This document shows positions 1 through 10,116 of a stretch of DNA of 64,000 bases, piece by piece; the first letter of the stretch is position 1; each line of letters opens with the position of its first letter. The position numbers were made by a program, and so were the translations under genes. Source of the DNA: Nitrosarchaeum sp. (lineage in GTDB: Archaea; Thermoproteota; Nitrososphaeria; Nitrososphaerales; Nitrosopumilaceae); assembly GCA_965223865.1 (NCBI GenBank), contig OZ245020.1:1504001-1568000 (forward strand). The letters run 5' to 3'. The notes under the pieces were generated by a model. The model saw only the letters and a program-made list of their open reading frames with translations. It was not told the DNA's origin and did no database searches.

Positions 1-2
1 TC

Positions 3-257
3 AAAAATGGTCTGAAAGGTTCTGGTCCTCTGGGATTCCAAGCAGGTATTGCAGCTGGAGCACCGGGTGATGCAAACTATTCACCAATGTGGAGAATCTT
101 CATGATAGGCTGGGATGATCCTTCTAGTGCTCAATTGCTAGAAACCATCGATGACATAAATGCATACAAAGAAGCAGGTTTGATCGACATCGGTATTGCC
201 AGACCAATGAATAGCGATCATATAGTAAACTGCCCATTCATCGACCCATTCCAATAG
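3..257 (+). CDS. 3' end of a conserved thaumarchaeal protein (GPLGFQ...YSPMW...VNCP domain), partial
   Basis: Manual translation KNGLKGSGPLGFQAGIAAGAPGDANYSPMWR...HIVNCPFIDPFQ*, open from the window edge and followed by a T-rich tract. Confidence 0.75.
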   Translation, partial: KNGLKGSGPLGFQAGIAAGAPGDANYSPMWRIFMIGWDDPSSAQLLETIDDINAYKEAGLIDIGIARPMNSDHIVNCPFIDPFQ

Positions 258-363
258 AATCACAAATTCTTTTTTCTATTTTTCAATACAATTAACATTT
301 GTTAGTTTTTTTTAAAAAATTAAAACAAAATTAAAGGGAATTTGTAGATTCCTTTATCTTTCT

Positions 364-759
364 TTGATAGAATATGATGTCATGAGTATGGCTGGATTGT
401 ATATGCTAAATACCGATGCATATACTGAAGAGAAGATAAAGCAAGCACTAGAAATGTTGTTGATAGATAGAAGAAATCAGTTCAGAGAATTAGCAGCTGT
501 AATACTTCCAAATCCAAAGGCCTTAACTACTATGCCTCATTGGGAGGAATTTGTTTTGAATTTTTGTCTAGATGTTGAAGAATCATTTAAGACATGGTCT
601 GGAAAATCTTCATTGCAAAAGAGTTCGCCCCAAAAAGCTTTGACCATTTTAAGACTACTTTCACGAGATAAGACTTCGATGAATCAATTGAGTCACTTTT
701 TGAATATCGCATACAATCTATCAACAGAATTCAAAGAAATCTATCGAAGACTGAAATAA
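364..759 (+). CDS. conserved hypothetical protein
   Basis: 131-aa helical ORF; the true start may be a downstream ATG. Confidence 0.7.
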   Translation: MIEYDVMSMAGLYMLNTDAYTEEKIKQALEMLLIDRRNQFRELAAVILPNPKALTTMPHWEEFVLNFCLDVEESFKTWSGKSSLQKSSPQKALTILRLLSRDKTSMNQLSHFLNIAYNLSTEFKEIYRRLK

Positions 760-920
760 CAGTCTTTAGAGATTTTAGTTTTTTTAACAGTTATAGAAAA
801 ATTCCTATCAAGAATTTGATAGCACTACAAAAGACAAATTGAAATCGAAAAAATATCAGATATAAGGTTTTACGATCCTAACTTAATAATAACAAGAAAA
901 AAATTTTTTTGGAAAATAAA

Positions 921-1172
921 ATGGCAGACGAAGAGAAACCAAAGACCCTAAAAGAAGAAGTCTTAGACAAAATTGCAGCACTAGTTACTGCTGCTTTTGG
1001 TCTAGTTGCAGCCCTAGCTTGGAATGATGCAATCAAGACTATTTTTAGAGAAGTATTTGGTGAAGAGTCAACTATTGGTCCTATGCTGCTTTATGCAATC
1101 ATAGTTACAATCATAGCTGTGATTCTAACGATCATAGTTGCAAGAGCTGTGGCAAACGCAAAAAACAAATAA
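921..1172 (+). CDS. small two-TM membrane protein (DUF5654-like)
   Basis: TAAFGLVAALAWNDAIK motif; ATG at 921. Confidence 0.8.
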   Translation: MADEEKPKTLKEEVLDKIAALVTAAFGLVAALAWNDAIKTIFREVFGEESTIGPMLLYAIIVTIIAVILTIIVARAVANAKNK

Positions 1173-1192
1173 TAAATTTTTTATTTTTTTTA

Positions 1193-1378
1193 TTACTTGA
1201 AAAATATTGCAGGTTTGTCATATGCAAACAACAATAATGAGCCCGTTAAAATTACAAATGCTGCCATGAAATAAATCACTACATGTAATATGCCAATTTT
1301 TTTGCTAAAATAGTATCCAACATACACTATGATTATTCCAAAAATAACAATTATTATCCCAAGCGTAATGTTTTCCAT
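1193..1378 (-). CDS. small two-TM membrane protein
   Basis: 61 aa with two hydrophobic segments. Confidence 0.55.
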   Translation of the reverse strand: MENITLGIIIVIFGIIIVYVGYYFSKKIGILHVVIYFMAAFVILTGSLLLFAYDKPAIFFK

Positions 1379-1684
1379 ATTATTTTTTGTTTTCTCCTTG
1401 AACCAAATTCAAAATTAACAATTTCAAAAGGAATACAAATCATATAATTGTACTAACCGGAAATACTAAGACAAAAGTGTCGGGTACTTAAGAAAATTTT
1501 CAACTAATTTCATAAATTAAAAAATTACATTTTAGCATTTTTTTGTCAAAATAATGTCTGTAATTGAGAGAAAGGACATTGTCTTTTTAATACAATATTT
1601 CCACTGATTATTAATAAAAAAAATACCCAAAAATAATAATTTAGAATTGGAAAAGATGATAACCAGAGAAAAGAAACAGAGATT

Positions 1685-2299
1685 ATGAGTGGTATTGGAT
1701 TTGTTGATTTAGAAATATTGTTTTTAGGGGTTAAAGGAAATGGAAATTTTGATGAGAATGACATCGAAGATTCAGATTTGAAGAGATTAGGAGTGGGAAG
1801 AATTTTGGATGCTTTGGCATCATTAAAAGATAGAAAATTAATTGACTTGAATAATGATGGGTCTTTTTCAATAACAAAGTTGGCAAGGCATACTTTATGG
1901 GATGAAAAAATTCCGTTATGGGTAAGGATTTTGAGAATACTAGAGGTAAAATCATTTAGTATTGAAGAAGTTTCAAATTTTTTAAAAGAAGATGAAAAGG
2001 GAATTTATGATGAGATTGAGAAGCTAAGAAAAAATCAGCTTATTCTAATGTCCCCGCAAAGAATAGAATCAAAGATAATCAAGATTTATGAAATTCTCCC
2101 AGAAGGATTAGAAAAATTAAGAGATGTTGAAAAAGAGGGATTTGAAGAACATAATTTAGAAACCCCAAAACCCGAAGTTGAAGTTCTCTCGTTAGTTAAT
2201 CAGGTCATAAAAGAGATTAATGATTCTGAAATAGCATCAGAAAAAAAAGATGCAATTACCTCTAAATTAACAAAAATAAAAGAAAAATTAGAAATTTAG
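1685..2299 (+). CDS. tandem winged-helix-like hypothetical protein
   Basis: 204 aa with two wHTH-like helix-wing units (...GSFSITKLAR; ...IYEILPEG). Confidence 0.7.
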   Translation: MSGIGFVDLEILFLGVKGNGNFDENDIEDSDLKRLGVGRILDALASLKDRKLIDLNNDGSFSITKLARHTLWDEKIPLWVRILRILEVKSFSIEEVSNFLKEDEKGIYDEIEKLRKNQLILMSPQRIESKIIKIYEILPEGLEKLRDVEKEGFEEHNLETPKPEVEVLSLVNQVIKEINDSEIASEKKDAITSKLTKIKEKLEI

Positions 2300-4024
2300 T
2301 TACTTTGAGCGAATTTTGTCATGTATCTGAGCTAGAATCAATTCTGCTTTGTTTTTGTTCTCATAAGTGTCGGAGGTCTCATCCATAATAGTATCAATTT
2401 CATAACTTTTGTCAACTAGAACATTAGCAACATGATCATCAAGCGTACCATTACCTATCAAATAATATGCAAATACAGTATTCATTTGACCAATTCTATG
2501 TAGTCTATCTTCAGCTTGTCTATGAATAGCAGGGCTCCAATCTAATTCTGCAAAAATCACATACTTTGCACGAGTTAAATTAATTCCAACATTTCCTGCA
2601 CGCAGACCTGCAATCATTAGTTTGGATTCACCTCTTTGGAATTTGTCAATTTGATCTTGGCGTAGTTTATCGGTTTGACCTCCAATAATAGATACGGGGG
2701 AAAATTCTGAGAGGCTCTCGTGAAGTAATTTGTGAATGACTTTGTGATGACAAAACACAACTACACTCTCCTCGATTTCCATAATGTTTTTTACAAAATT
2801 GATTACATGCGGAAGTTTGGCAATGCCTGCAATCTGTCTTTCGCTTTGAATTGCTCTCTGGTATGAAGCAGATTTATCAAATGCAGATTCTGCATCTTTT
2901 TGTTCTTCTTCTAATTTTGCCCATATTTTTTCTAGTTCTTCAAAATAATAATCAGTGTCAGAATCAATAACTTCTTTATACCGAACCTTATCTTTTAGCT
3001 CTTTTAGAACATCCGATTTTTTACGTCTTAGCATTACATGCTTTTGTAATTCATTACGAAGAGATGCTCTCTTGTTTTCAAGAACTATGGCCTTTCCTTT
3101 TTCATTTACATAACAGAAATACTCACAAAATTCCTTAAAGCTGCCTAATAGTCCGGGTTTAAGAATATCAACAATAGGCCAAATTTCAGAACCACGATTA
3201 TAAATTGGAGTACCAGATAATCCTATTCTGTAGATAGTAGATGAAAGGGCAGCTAGCTTTTTTACTGCTTTATATTTTTGAGTGGTTTTTGATCGTAAAT
3301 TATGTACTTCATCACAGACTATAGTTTTGATGTTTAATTTTGATAAATCATTCATACGTTTGTAAAGTAATTCATAATTGATTATGTAAAAATCTGTTTT
3401 TGGTAATTCGTCAGATTTTCCTGTTCGAATAATAGTAGAGGTAGGCGATTCAGATTCTAATATACGTCCATTTCTACTTTTTTTCTTTACAAATTTTGAG
3501 ATTTCTCTTTCCCAATTGTTCAGAGTTACTAGTGGAGCAACTACAAGTACAGGAAAGGTTTGTTTTTCTGTTGCGACATATGATAATGTTTGGACTGTTT
3601 TTCCAAGACCCATTTCATCGGCAAGTAAAGCATTACCAGAAGATTTTAACAGAAAATCTAATCCCTCTTTTTGAAAATTAAGTAATTTTCCTCTAAACTG
3701 CGTTCCAGGTTTTGCTTTTTTTAATTTATGTTTGACTGGAGGCAAAGCGGGTTTTGGAGCAAATGTTTTTACAATTTTTCTCTGCCAAGCAGTTTTTGAT
3801 AATATTTCAAGAGGATATCTATCCATAATCAATTTTATCTGCTTTACACTTTCAGAACTATCAGGAATAATTACTTCATTGATGTTTTCTCCATACCATG
3901 CTTCAGGCACTAGCCTGGAAATCATACTAACGGCTCTCTCTCCGGTAACTTTCCAGCTCCAAATTTTTGAATATTTATCTAGAACATATTCAAGTGTCCC
4001 AAAGTTTTCTATGGTTGCTTCCAT
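2300..4024 (-). CDS. SNF2-family helicase/ATPase (HARP-like)
   Basis: LLADEMGLGKT, DEVH, LSGTP and QAEDRLHRIGQ motifs. Confidence 0.93.
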   Translation of the reverse strand: MEATIENFGTLEYVLDKYSKIWSWKVTGERAVSMISRLVPEAWYGENINEVIIPDSSESVKQIKLIMDRYPLEILSKTAWQRKIVKTFAPKPALPPVKHKLKKAKPGTQFRGKLLNFQKEGLDFLLKSSGNALLADEMGLGKTVQTLSYVATEKQTFPVLVVAPLVTLNNWEREISKFVKKKSRNGRILESESPTSTIIRTGKSDELPKTDFYIINYELLYKRMNDLSKLNIKTIVCDEVHNLRSKTTQKYKAVKKLAALSSTIYRIGLSGTPIYNRGSEIWPIVDILKPGLLGSFKEFCEYFCYVNEKGKAIVLENKRASLRNELQKHVMLRRKKSDVLKELKDKVRYKEVIDSDTDYYFEELEKIWAKLEEEQKDAESAFDKSASYQRAIQSERQIAGIAKLPHVINFVKNIMEIEESVVVFCHHKVIHKLLHESLSEFSPVSIIGGQTDKLRQDQIDKFQRGESKLMIAGLRAGNVGINLTRAKYVIFAELDWSPAIHRQAEDRLHRIGQMNTVFAYYLIGNGTLDDHVANVLVDKSYEIDTIMDETSDTYENKNKAELILAQIHDKIRSK

Positions 4025-4176
4025 AATTTGTCGATTGGACGTTTTTTTGACTTATGAATCTTCATGTTTTAATCGATCATTGGAGATGATCAGTAAAAAG
4101 GACAATAGTTAAAATAGAACAATATTACTACGACTTTGCTGAAATTTTCAGTTCTCCATATTAGAAAATTAGATGT

Positions 4177-4311
4177 TTAATGAGGTTTGTCTACTGGATG
4201 AGGCTCTGTATTTTCATCATGACAATCACAACTGCAAAGATGAGTAGAATGATTATTTAAGCAATCAATGCATTCATAATGCTTTCTTGTTTCACACGCA
4301 CCGCAAATCAT
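4177..4311 (-). CDS. Cys/His-rich microprotein (44 aa)
   Basis: Manual translation MICGACETRKHYECIDCLNNHSTHLCSCDCHDENTEPHPVDKPH*; same Cys/His pattern as the ORFs at 55571 and 60863. Confidence 0.7.
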   Translation of the reverse strand: MICGACETRKHYECIDCLNNHSTHLCSCDCHDENTEPHPVDKPH

Positions 4312-4365
4312 ATCCTGTATGTAATTTGTAATAGAAAGATTTGAATTTTTTCTATGTTATTATTC

Positions 4366-5025
4366 CTAATACTCTACTTCACTTCTCTGAAGAAGGCTTC
4401 CAGTAAGATCCACATATCCTTGGGGATCTAGTTCTTTGGCGAAATTTTTGTCAATATTGATTAGATAAATTGAATGCAGATGAGCATTTAAAATGTCATC
4501 ACATTCTATGGGGGGGTTTTTGTAATATCTATCACAAAGAGTCTTTACTTTTTTGACCTCAGATTCTTTTCTGGCATTTGGAGGCAGAAGGAAAATTTTT
4601 GGAATTGGAATAAGACCTATTACAGGTGTTGCCAATGAAAATTTTGTGCAGAACTGACTATATCTGGCAATTTTACTCATGATTCTTGCAGTATAGTAGT
4701 CAATTGTATCCATTGCATGATCAGGAGGAGTAAACCCTGTTTCAATTTCAATAATGGTGTTTCCGCCACCTTTCTTTGCAAATATATCACAAACTAAAAT
4801 ATCAGATACTTGTTTTTCCACCTCTACGGCATATCCACGAGCAATAAGATTTGAGGCACATATCAATTCCAAAACAGAATGATTAATTTTTACCAGATTT
4901 TTTTGATACATTTCAATTAGTTGATGTCTCACATAATTTAGTTTAGGCAAATTGTTTTCAGATAAATTTTCTGATAACCTATCAGTGACCTCATATACAT
5001 CGTTGCGGAATTTTTCTAAATCCAT
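4366..5025 (-). CDS. conserved hypothetical protein, possible PD-(D/E)XK fold
   Basis: 219 aa; CDIFAKK...IIEIETG pattern. Confidence 0.7.
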   Translation of the reverse strand: MDLEKFRNDVYEVTDRLSENLSENNLPKLNYVRHQLIEMYQKNLVKINHSVLELICASNLIARGYAVEVEKQVSDILVCDIFAKKGGGNTIIEIETGFTPPDHAMDTIDYYTARIMSKIARYSQFCTKFSLATPVIGLIPIPKIFLLPPNARKESEVKKVKTLCDRYYKNPPIECDDILNAHLHSIYLINIDKNFAKELDPQGYVDLTGSLLQRSEVEY

Positions 5026-5382
5026 GTATTCATGGTAATTTATCCTAGGGGTTTAAGAACTTGAATGGGTTTTAGAACTTGACAAAATATCTGAAAACAA
5101 CTAATTTACTAAATTACAGAGATGAATAATTTATCAATTCTATGCGTATCTTATAACCAAAAATACAATAATTACAGTATACAAATAGACATATCATTAT
5201 CTTATCCATCATATAGAGAGAAAATGTATTCAGTAAGTTATGAAATGACACTCAATTTTGAAGTTGACAAGTGTGCAAAGAATGTAATTTTAAAAGAAAT
5301 ACTGAAGGTTTAAAATCTCTCTGTTTTGCATGGCAGTATTTTTCAAAACAATTTTTAATCCAGAAAAAGTTCAAAAATTGAG

Positions 5383-5718
5383 TTGAAGATATACCACAAG
5401 CCTACATGTATAACCTGTAAAAAAACAATAACCGAATTTGAAAGAATGAATGCAGATATTGAGAAAAGAGACTTTTTCAAAGACCCATTTTCAGAAGCAG
5501 AACTAAAAAAGATCATAAAAATGACAGGAAAAAAGCCATCTGAAATTCTCAGAAAAAGAGACAAAATGTACAAAGAATTAGACTTAGAGAATAACAAAAA
5601 AACAGACATTCAGTTAATCAAGTTAATGGTAAAGCACCCAGGGTTAATCTTGCGGCCCATTGTAATTACAAAAGAAAAGGCATACATTGGTAAAATTGAC
5701 GCCAAGAATCTAAAGTGA
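5383..5718 (+). CDS. ArsC/Spx family protein
   Basis: YHKPTCITCKK and HPGLILRPIV motifs. Confidence 0.88.
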   Translation: MKIYHKPTCITCKKTITEFERMNADIEKRDFFKDPFSEAELKKIIKMTGKKPSEILRKRDKMYKELDLENNKKTDIQLIKLMVKHPGLILRPIVITKEKAYIGKIDAKNLK

Positions 5719-5841
5719 AGCAAACTAGATGGCAATTAACAGAAAAAATATCATACTATACATGAATAGTGGTCATCATCTAAAATTTGTAAAAGCATTA
5801 AATGAATTGTTTAAAGAACCAAAGCAAAAAAAATTCTAGAG

Positions 5842-6087
5842 TCACATATCAATTTCTTGTCTGAATATTCTAACTGCTTCTAGGTGAGAGCAGTTTGCTT
5901 TTAGTCCTTTACCATGGTGAAATTTATAGAAATTTTTGAATCCAGGACACTCACATGTATCAGATGTTACAAAGTATGACTTTTCAGGATCAGAAGAGGA
6001 CTTTATCTGATACAAATCCTCATCAATTTGGACAACTCCGCCACTCTCAACTAATTTTTTTGCTTTTTTGATTGTGTTTGTACTCAT
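5842..6087 (-). CDS. SWIM zinc-finger protein
   Basis: CECPGF...CSH pattern. Confidence 0.8.
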   Translation of the reverse strand: MSTNTIKKAKKLVESGGVVQIDEDLYQIKSSSDPEKSYFVTSDTCECPGFKNFYKFHHGKGLKANCSHLEAVRIFRQEIDM

Positions 6088-6100
6088 TATATCATCAAAG

Positions 6101-6388
6101 TTATTTTTTATTCTTTAATTTTTTTACAACATTTGCCCATTCACCATCTTGGGCCATGGCATTCTCATATAGTAACTCAAATGTCCACGCAATAATCTCA
6201 CTCCAAATTGCCTTGAGGGATTCATCATCGGTCCATAAAACGCTCGTTTTAATAGCATTCATTGCCATAATGTTGTTTGCGTTTTTTGTAGGGTTTTTAC
6301 TCCATTTCTGCAATACTCTGTCACAGAACTCTAAAATCTCAGATTTTGTTAAAACAAGTTTGTCAGGATCAAAGGTCTTTTTTGCCAT
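6101..6388 (-). CDS. hypothetical protein
   Basis: 95-aa ORF co-oriented with and just upstream of the SWIM gene. Confidence 0.7.
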   Translation of the reverse strand: MAKKTFDPDKLVLTKSEILEFCDRVLQKWSKNPTKNANNIMAMNAIKTSVLWTDDESLKAIWSEIIAWTFELLYENAMAQDGEWANVVKKLKNKK

Positions 6389-6533
6389 GAATTGTTTAAA
6401 GCAGAATTACAATATATTTAATTCCAAACCTCTTATTTTCAAAACCTTGTTTATTAAGATAAATGAATCCAAGTTTACCCCATAATATCTAATTTAAGAC
6501 ATAGTTGTAATTATTATAAACTAAATAGTTCAG

Positions 6534-7595
6534 GTGCAATTATTGACTCTAAAGCGATATGTTGCAACTAGACTTGTAACTATGTTTGGAGTTTTAATGG
6601 TGACATTACTCTTAACAATTTCTCTTGTAGGATCAAATATGGATACAATTCTAAAGCAAGGAATTGTTTTTCAGGTACGTTCTGAAATTACAGAAAATCC
6701 TGCAATTGCAGAAAGTTTTTCTACAGTTGAGGAATTTGAAGCATTCATTCAAAGTCAAATAGATCAAAGGATCAAAATTCTTGGTTTAGATGAACCATGG
6801 TACTCTCCTCAAAGAATTGGCTTGACAATGTACAAAATATTGCTTTTAGATTTTGGACATGCGACATTTCTAACAAGTGATTCAGGATCTTCAGATGTCA
6901 AAGAAATAATTTTAGAAAAGCTGCCACGAACAATTTTACTTTTTACAACTGCAACAATAATTATTTCAATAATCGGTATTTTTCTAGGAGCTTTGTCCGG
7001 AAGTAGAGTAGGCTCATTTGTGGATAGAATAACTTCAAGTTTTGCAATTGTCAGCTCTAGTTTTCCTGTTTGGTGGATTGGAATGCTTATGATCTTTTTG
7101 TTTGCATTTGTCTATCAGATATTTCCAGCAAGAGCAACTCCCTCAATTACACCATCAGAACCAGGATATGTTCTAGCGTTATTGTATCACATGGCATTAC
7201 CCTTGATTACAATTGTAATGATAGGATTTGGTTCATGGGCATACTTGGTTCGAAACTTTATGGTAGGAATAATGCAAGAAGACTTTATCATCGCAAAAAA
7301 AACTATGGGAATTAGCCAAAAGAGAGTATTATACACACATGCATTGAAAAATGCAGCTCCTCCAATTATTACCATTTTAGCACTTAGTCTATCAGGCTCT
7401 TTAGGCGGAGCAATAATTACTGAAGCAGTTTTTGACTGGCCTGGTATGGGGAGGCTCTATTTTGAGGCCATAACAGTAATGGATCTTCCAGTAATCATTG
7501 GAGCCACATATGTTTTGACGGTGTTTTTCTTAGTCAGTATCTTCATTGCAGACTTGCTTTATGGCTATTTTGACCCACGTGTGAGGACACAATAA
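6534..7595 (+). CDS. peptide/nickel ABC transporter permease (DppB-like)
   Basis: EDFIIAKKTMG EAA loop, ITEAVFDWPGMG, DPRVR end. Confidence 0.92.
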   Translation: MQLLTLKRYVATRLVTMFGVLMVTLLLTISLVGSNMDTILKQGIVFQVRSEITENPAIAESFSTVEEFEAFIQSQIDQRIKILGLDEPWYSPQRIGLTMYKILLLDFGHATFLTSDSGSSDVKEIILEKLPRTILLFTTATIIISIIGIFLGALSGSRVGSFVDRITSSFAIVSSSFPVWWIGMLMIFLFAFVYQIFPARATPSITPSEPGYVLALLYHMALPLITIVMIGFGSWAYLVRNFMVGIMQEDFIIAKKTMGISQKRVLYTHALKNAAPPIITILALSLSGSLGGAIITEAVFDWPGMGRLYFEAITVMDLPVIIGATYVLTVFFLVSIFIADLLYGYFDPRVRTQ

Positions 7596-8962
7596 TGAGC
7601 AGTATTACACCTACTGAAATCAAACAAGAATTTCTAAAAAGCAAGATAGGAGTTGCAGGAATTGTTATTTTGACAATTTTAGCAATCACATCAATTATAA
7701 CAATAACTGCCATTCCATCTGAAACCCTCAGAGAATGGAACAATCCAAGTAGTTGGATCTCATATCCAAAAGTAGCAATTCCCGTTTGGGTAAATTATTT
7801 CACTAGTGAAAAAATACCAGAACATAAGATTTTAGATTTGCCAAACACAGATCAACAAAGAGTGGGCGAAATAGACCTAATTTCACATCAATTTGGAATA
7901 AATTTTGATTATGACGATTTTCCTAGTGATTTTATTTATGAATTTTCAACAAAATATTCGGATTCTCCACTATTACAAATATCAGTTATCCGACCAGATG
8001 AACAAAAATTGAATTTATTATCAACATCATTGCCAAATTCAGATTCAAAACAAATTCATCATGAGAGAATTTTTTCAACAGATAAAACAATCAAGAAAGG
8101 TCTTTTACTACAATCAGATAAATTTAATTTTTCTTTAGACAAACTATCAGCTGAAGATATTATTTTTTCAAAAACAACAAATCATGAACCACTAAAAGGT
8201 AACTACATTTTTTTGGTTACTTTGTATGGCGTAAATTCAGAAAATGAGATTTTAGAATCAAGAATCATCTTAGGAGGAAAGGCATTTGGAGTAATGGGAA
8301 CTGATGAGTTAAGGCGTGATCTTGCTGTTGGATTGCTTTGGGGAACGCCTTTGGCACTTTTCATAGGACTAGTAGTAGCTATAGCCTCTGTAATTATGGG
8401 ATTGTTGTATGGAGTGTATGCGGGATATCGAGGTAAAAAAACTGACGAAATCATGATGAGATTCAATGATGTAATTTATGCCCTTCCAGCACTTCCATTT
8501 CTCATTATTCTTTCAGTTACCATTAGCAATAGCATATTTTTGATGGTAGGTTTTTTGATGGTTTTTGGTTGGGTAGGGATTGCAAAAGTATCTCGGAGTA
8601 TGGCATTACAAATTAAGACTAGAGGATATGTCGAAGCATCAAAAATGATGGGTCAAAAAAATTCAAAAATAATTCTGAGGCACATATTACCACAATTATT
8701 ACCATATGCTTTTGCAAGTATTGCAATTTCCGTTCCTGCAGCAATTACAACTGAAGCTGGGCTTAGCTTTCTAGGTCTAGGTGATCCTTTGTTTCCAACA
8801 TGGGGTCAACTGCTACATGACGCAAATACTTATGGTGCTGCAGCAAGAGGATTATGGTGGTGGATAATGCCTCCAGGCGTAATGATTGCGATTACTGGAT
8901 TAGCATTTGTGTTTATCGGAAATGCACTTGATGCCATAGTCAATCCAAAATTAAAGAGATGA
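7595..8962 (+). CDS. peptide/nickel ABC transporter permease (DppC-like)
   Basis: GTDELRRD, YVEASKMMG, EAGLSFLGLG; translationally coupled to the previous gene. Confidence 0.92.
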   Translation: MSSITPTEIKQEFLKSKIGVAGIVILTILAITSIITITAIPSETLREWNNPSSWISYPKVAIPVWVNYFTSEKIPEHKILDLPNTDQQRVGEIDLISHQFGINFDYDDFPSDFIYEFSTKYSDSPLLQISVIRPDEQKLNLLSTSLPNSDSKQIHHERIFSTDKTIKKGLLLQSDKFNFSLDKLSAEDIIFSKTTNHEPLKGNYIFLVTLYGVNSENEILESRIILGGKAFGVMGTDELRRDLAVGLLWGTPLALFIGLVVAIASVIMGLLYGVYAGYRGKKTDEIMMRFNDVIYALPALPFLIILSVTISNSIFLMVGFLMVFGWVGIAKVSRSMALQIKTRGYVEASKMMGQKNSKIILRHILPQLLPYAFASIAISVPAAITTEAGLSFLGLGDPLFPTWGQLLHDANTYGAAARGLWWWIMPPGVMIAITGLAFVFIGNALDAIVNPKLKR

Positions 8963-9277
8963 TTAATTTGAAAAATCATATTTTTTTATTAGTTCTAGAG
9001 TAGCATCATTAAGCTTGATTGTATAAACTGCTGCATTTGGATTCTTTATTTCAGCCAAGGCTTCGGCAAATTTTGTTTTTTCATGTTCAGTCTCCCCTGC
9101 CTCATGGGCACATAATGTGAATGCCTTTAGATTTAGGTTATTTTGAAGTAAATATGAAATGAATTTTTGATAGGCCTCAGTGCTTGTCCAATCAAAGTTA
9201 TTGGCATTACAGGTTGCTATCCACACATCAACAGAATTATGAAAAATTACTTTTTTGCGTAATTCCTCTAAGGACAT
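8963..9277 (-). CDS. conserved hypothetical protein
   Basis: 104-aa ORF. Confidence 0.7.
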   Translation of the reverse strand: MSLEELRKKVIFHNSVDVWIATCNANNFDWTSTEAYQKFISYLLQNNLNLKAFTLCAHEAGETEHEKTKFAEALAEIKNPNAAVYTIKLNDATLELIKKYDFSN

Positions 9278-9288
9278 GTCAAATCAGT

Positions 9289-9612
9289 TTAGAAATCAGC
9301 ACGTTGCATTTTAGAACCACATCTAGGACATGATCCACCTTTATGCTTGTGATTACAAACCAAGCAAACATAACGTACTGCTCCTCCGCCACCACCAGAA
9401 TTCATTCCAAAAAAGCCTCCGCCGGTTCCAGTTCCAGAACCACCATAACCTCGCATGCGACTCATGTAACGTCTTCTTAGTAGCAAAGGAAACGCAATAA
9501 AAATTGCTAATGCAGCCCCTAGCCCATAGGGAAATGGCAGTACCATTTGAAGACCTATACTAATTCCTAATGATGCAAATAAGAAAATGAGATAAGTTTT
9601 GTAATTAAACAA
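9289..9612 (-). CDS. membrane protein with C-terminal zinc ribbon
   Basis: Two TM helices, Gly-rich linker, CLVC...CPRCGS. Confidence 0.8.
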   Translation of the reverse strand: MFNYKTYLIFLFASLGISIGLQMVLPFPYGLGAALAIFIAFPLLLRRRYMSRMRGYGGSGTGTGGGFFGMNSGGGGGAVRYVCLVCNHKHKGGSCPRCGSKMQRADF

Positions 9613-9696
9613 TTCATTTAAGATACCTTGAAAATCCTTATAAAGTTTTGTCAGTATTTTGACTGTTTTCCAAAGATTATAGAGATTTTTTAAAAA

Positions 9697-10110
9697 TCAC
9701 ACAATTGAAAGGTTTACGGAATTTGCGTTACTATCCCATGCAAAGATGTCATTTTCAGAATAGGGAGACTTTACAATAAGGGATACCAATCCAAAAAAAT
9801 TATGAAGATCAGTCACCGAAGGTTTTTCAGAACCACTAGGATGAGAATGGACAATTCCAACATAGCTGAGATCAAATGGCAAAAAAGAATGAGGAAACCC
9901 AGCGAAAGTAGGGCCAGTATAATTAAAGGGTGGAATTACCAACCCATTTACCATAATATGGCCATGTTTTGATTTTCCTTTTAAAATAAGTATTCCTTCG
10001 TTTGGGTGCTTCATTTGACAATAAGACAAAATGCTATCTAAAACATCCCGTTTAAGTGAGACTTTTCTTTCAATTTTTTTCTTTTTAAATAACATGTAGA
10101 GATTTTGCAT
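9697..10110 (-). CDS. JAMM/MPN+ metalloprotease
   Basis: HPNE plus HSHP-x6-S-x2-D motif. Confidence 0.88.
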   Translation of the reverse strand: MQNLYMLFKKKKIERKVSLKRDVLDSILSYCQMKHPNEGILILKGKSKHGHIMVNGLVIPPFNYTGPTFAGFPHSFLPFDLSYVGIVHSHPSGSEKPSVTDLHNFFGLVSLIVKSPYSENDIFAWDSNANSVNLSIV

Positions 10111-10116
10111 ACAGTG

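Noticed and set aside
5049-5082. Direct repeat GGGTTTWAGAACTTGA x2 with an 18-bp period
   Set aside because: Only two copies overlapping a promoter; no further support for a function
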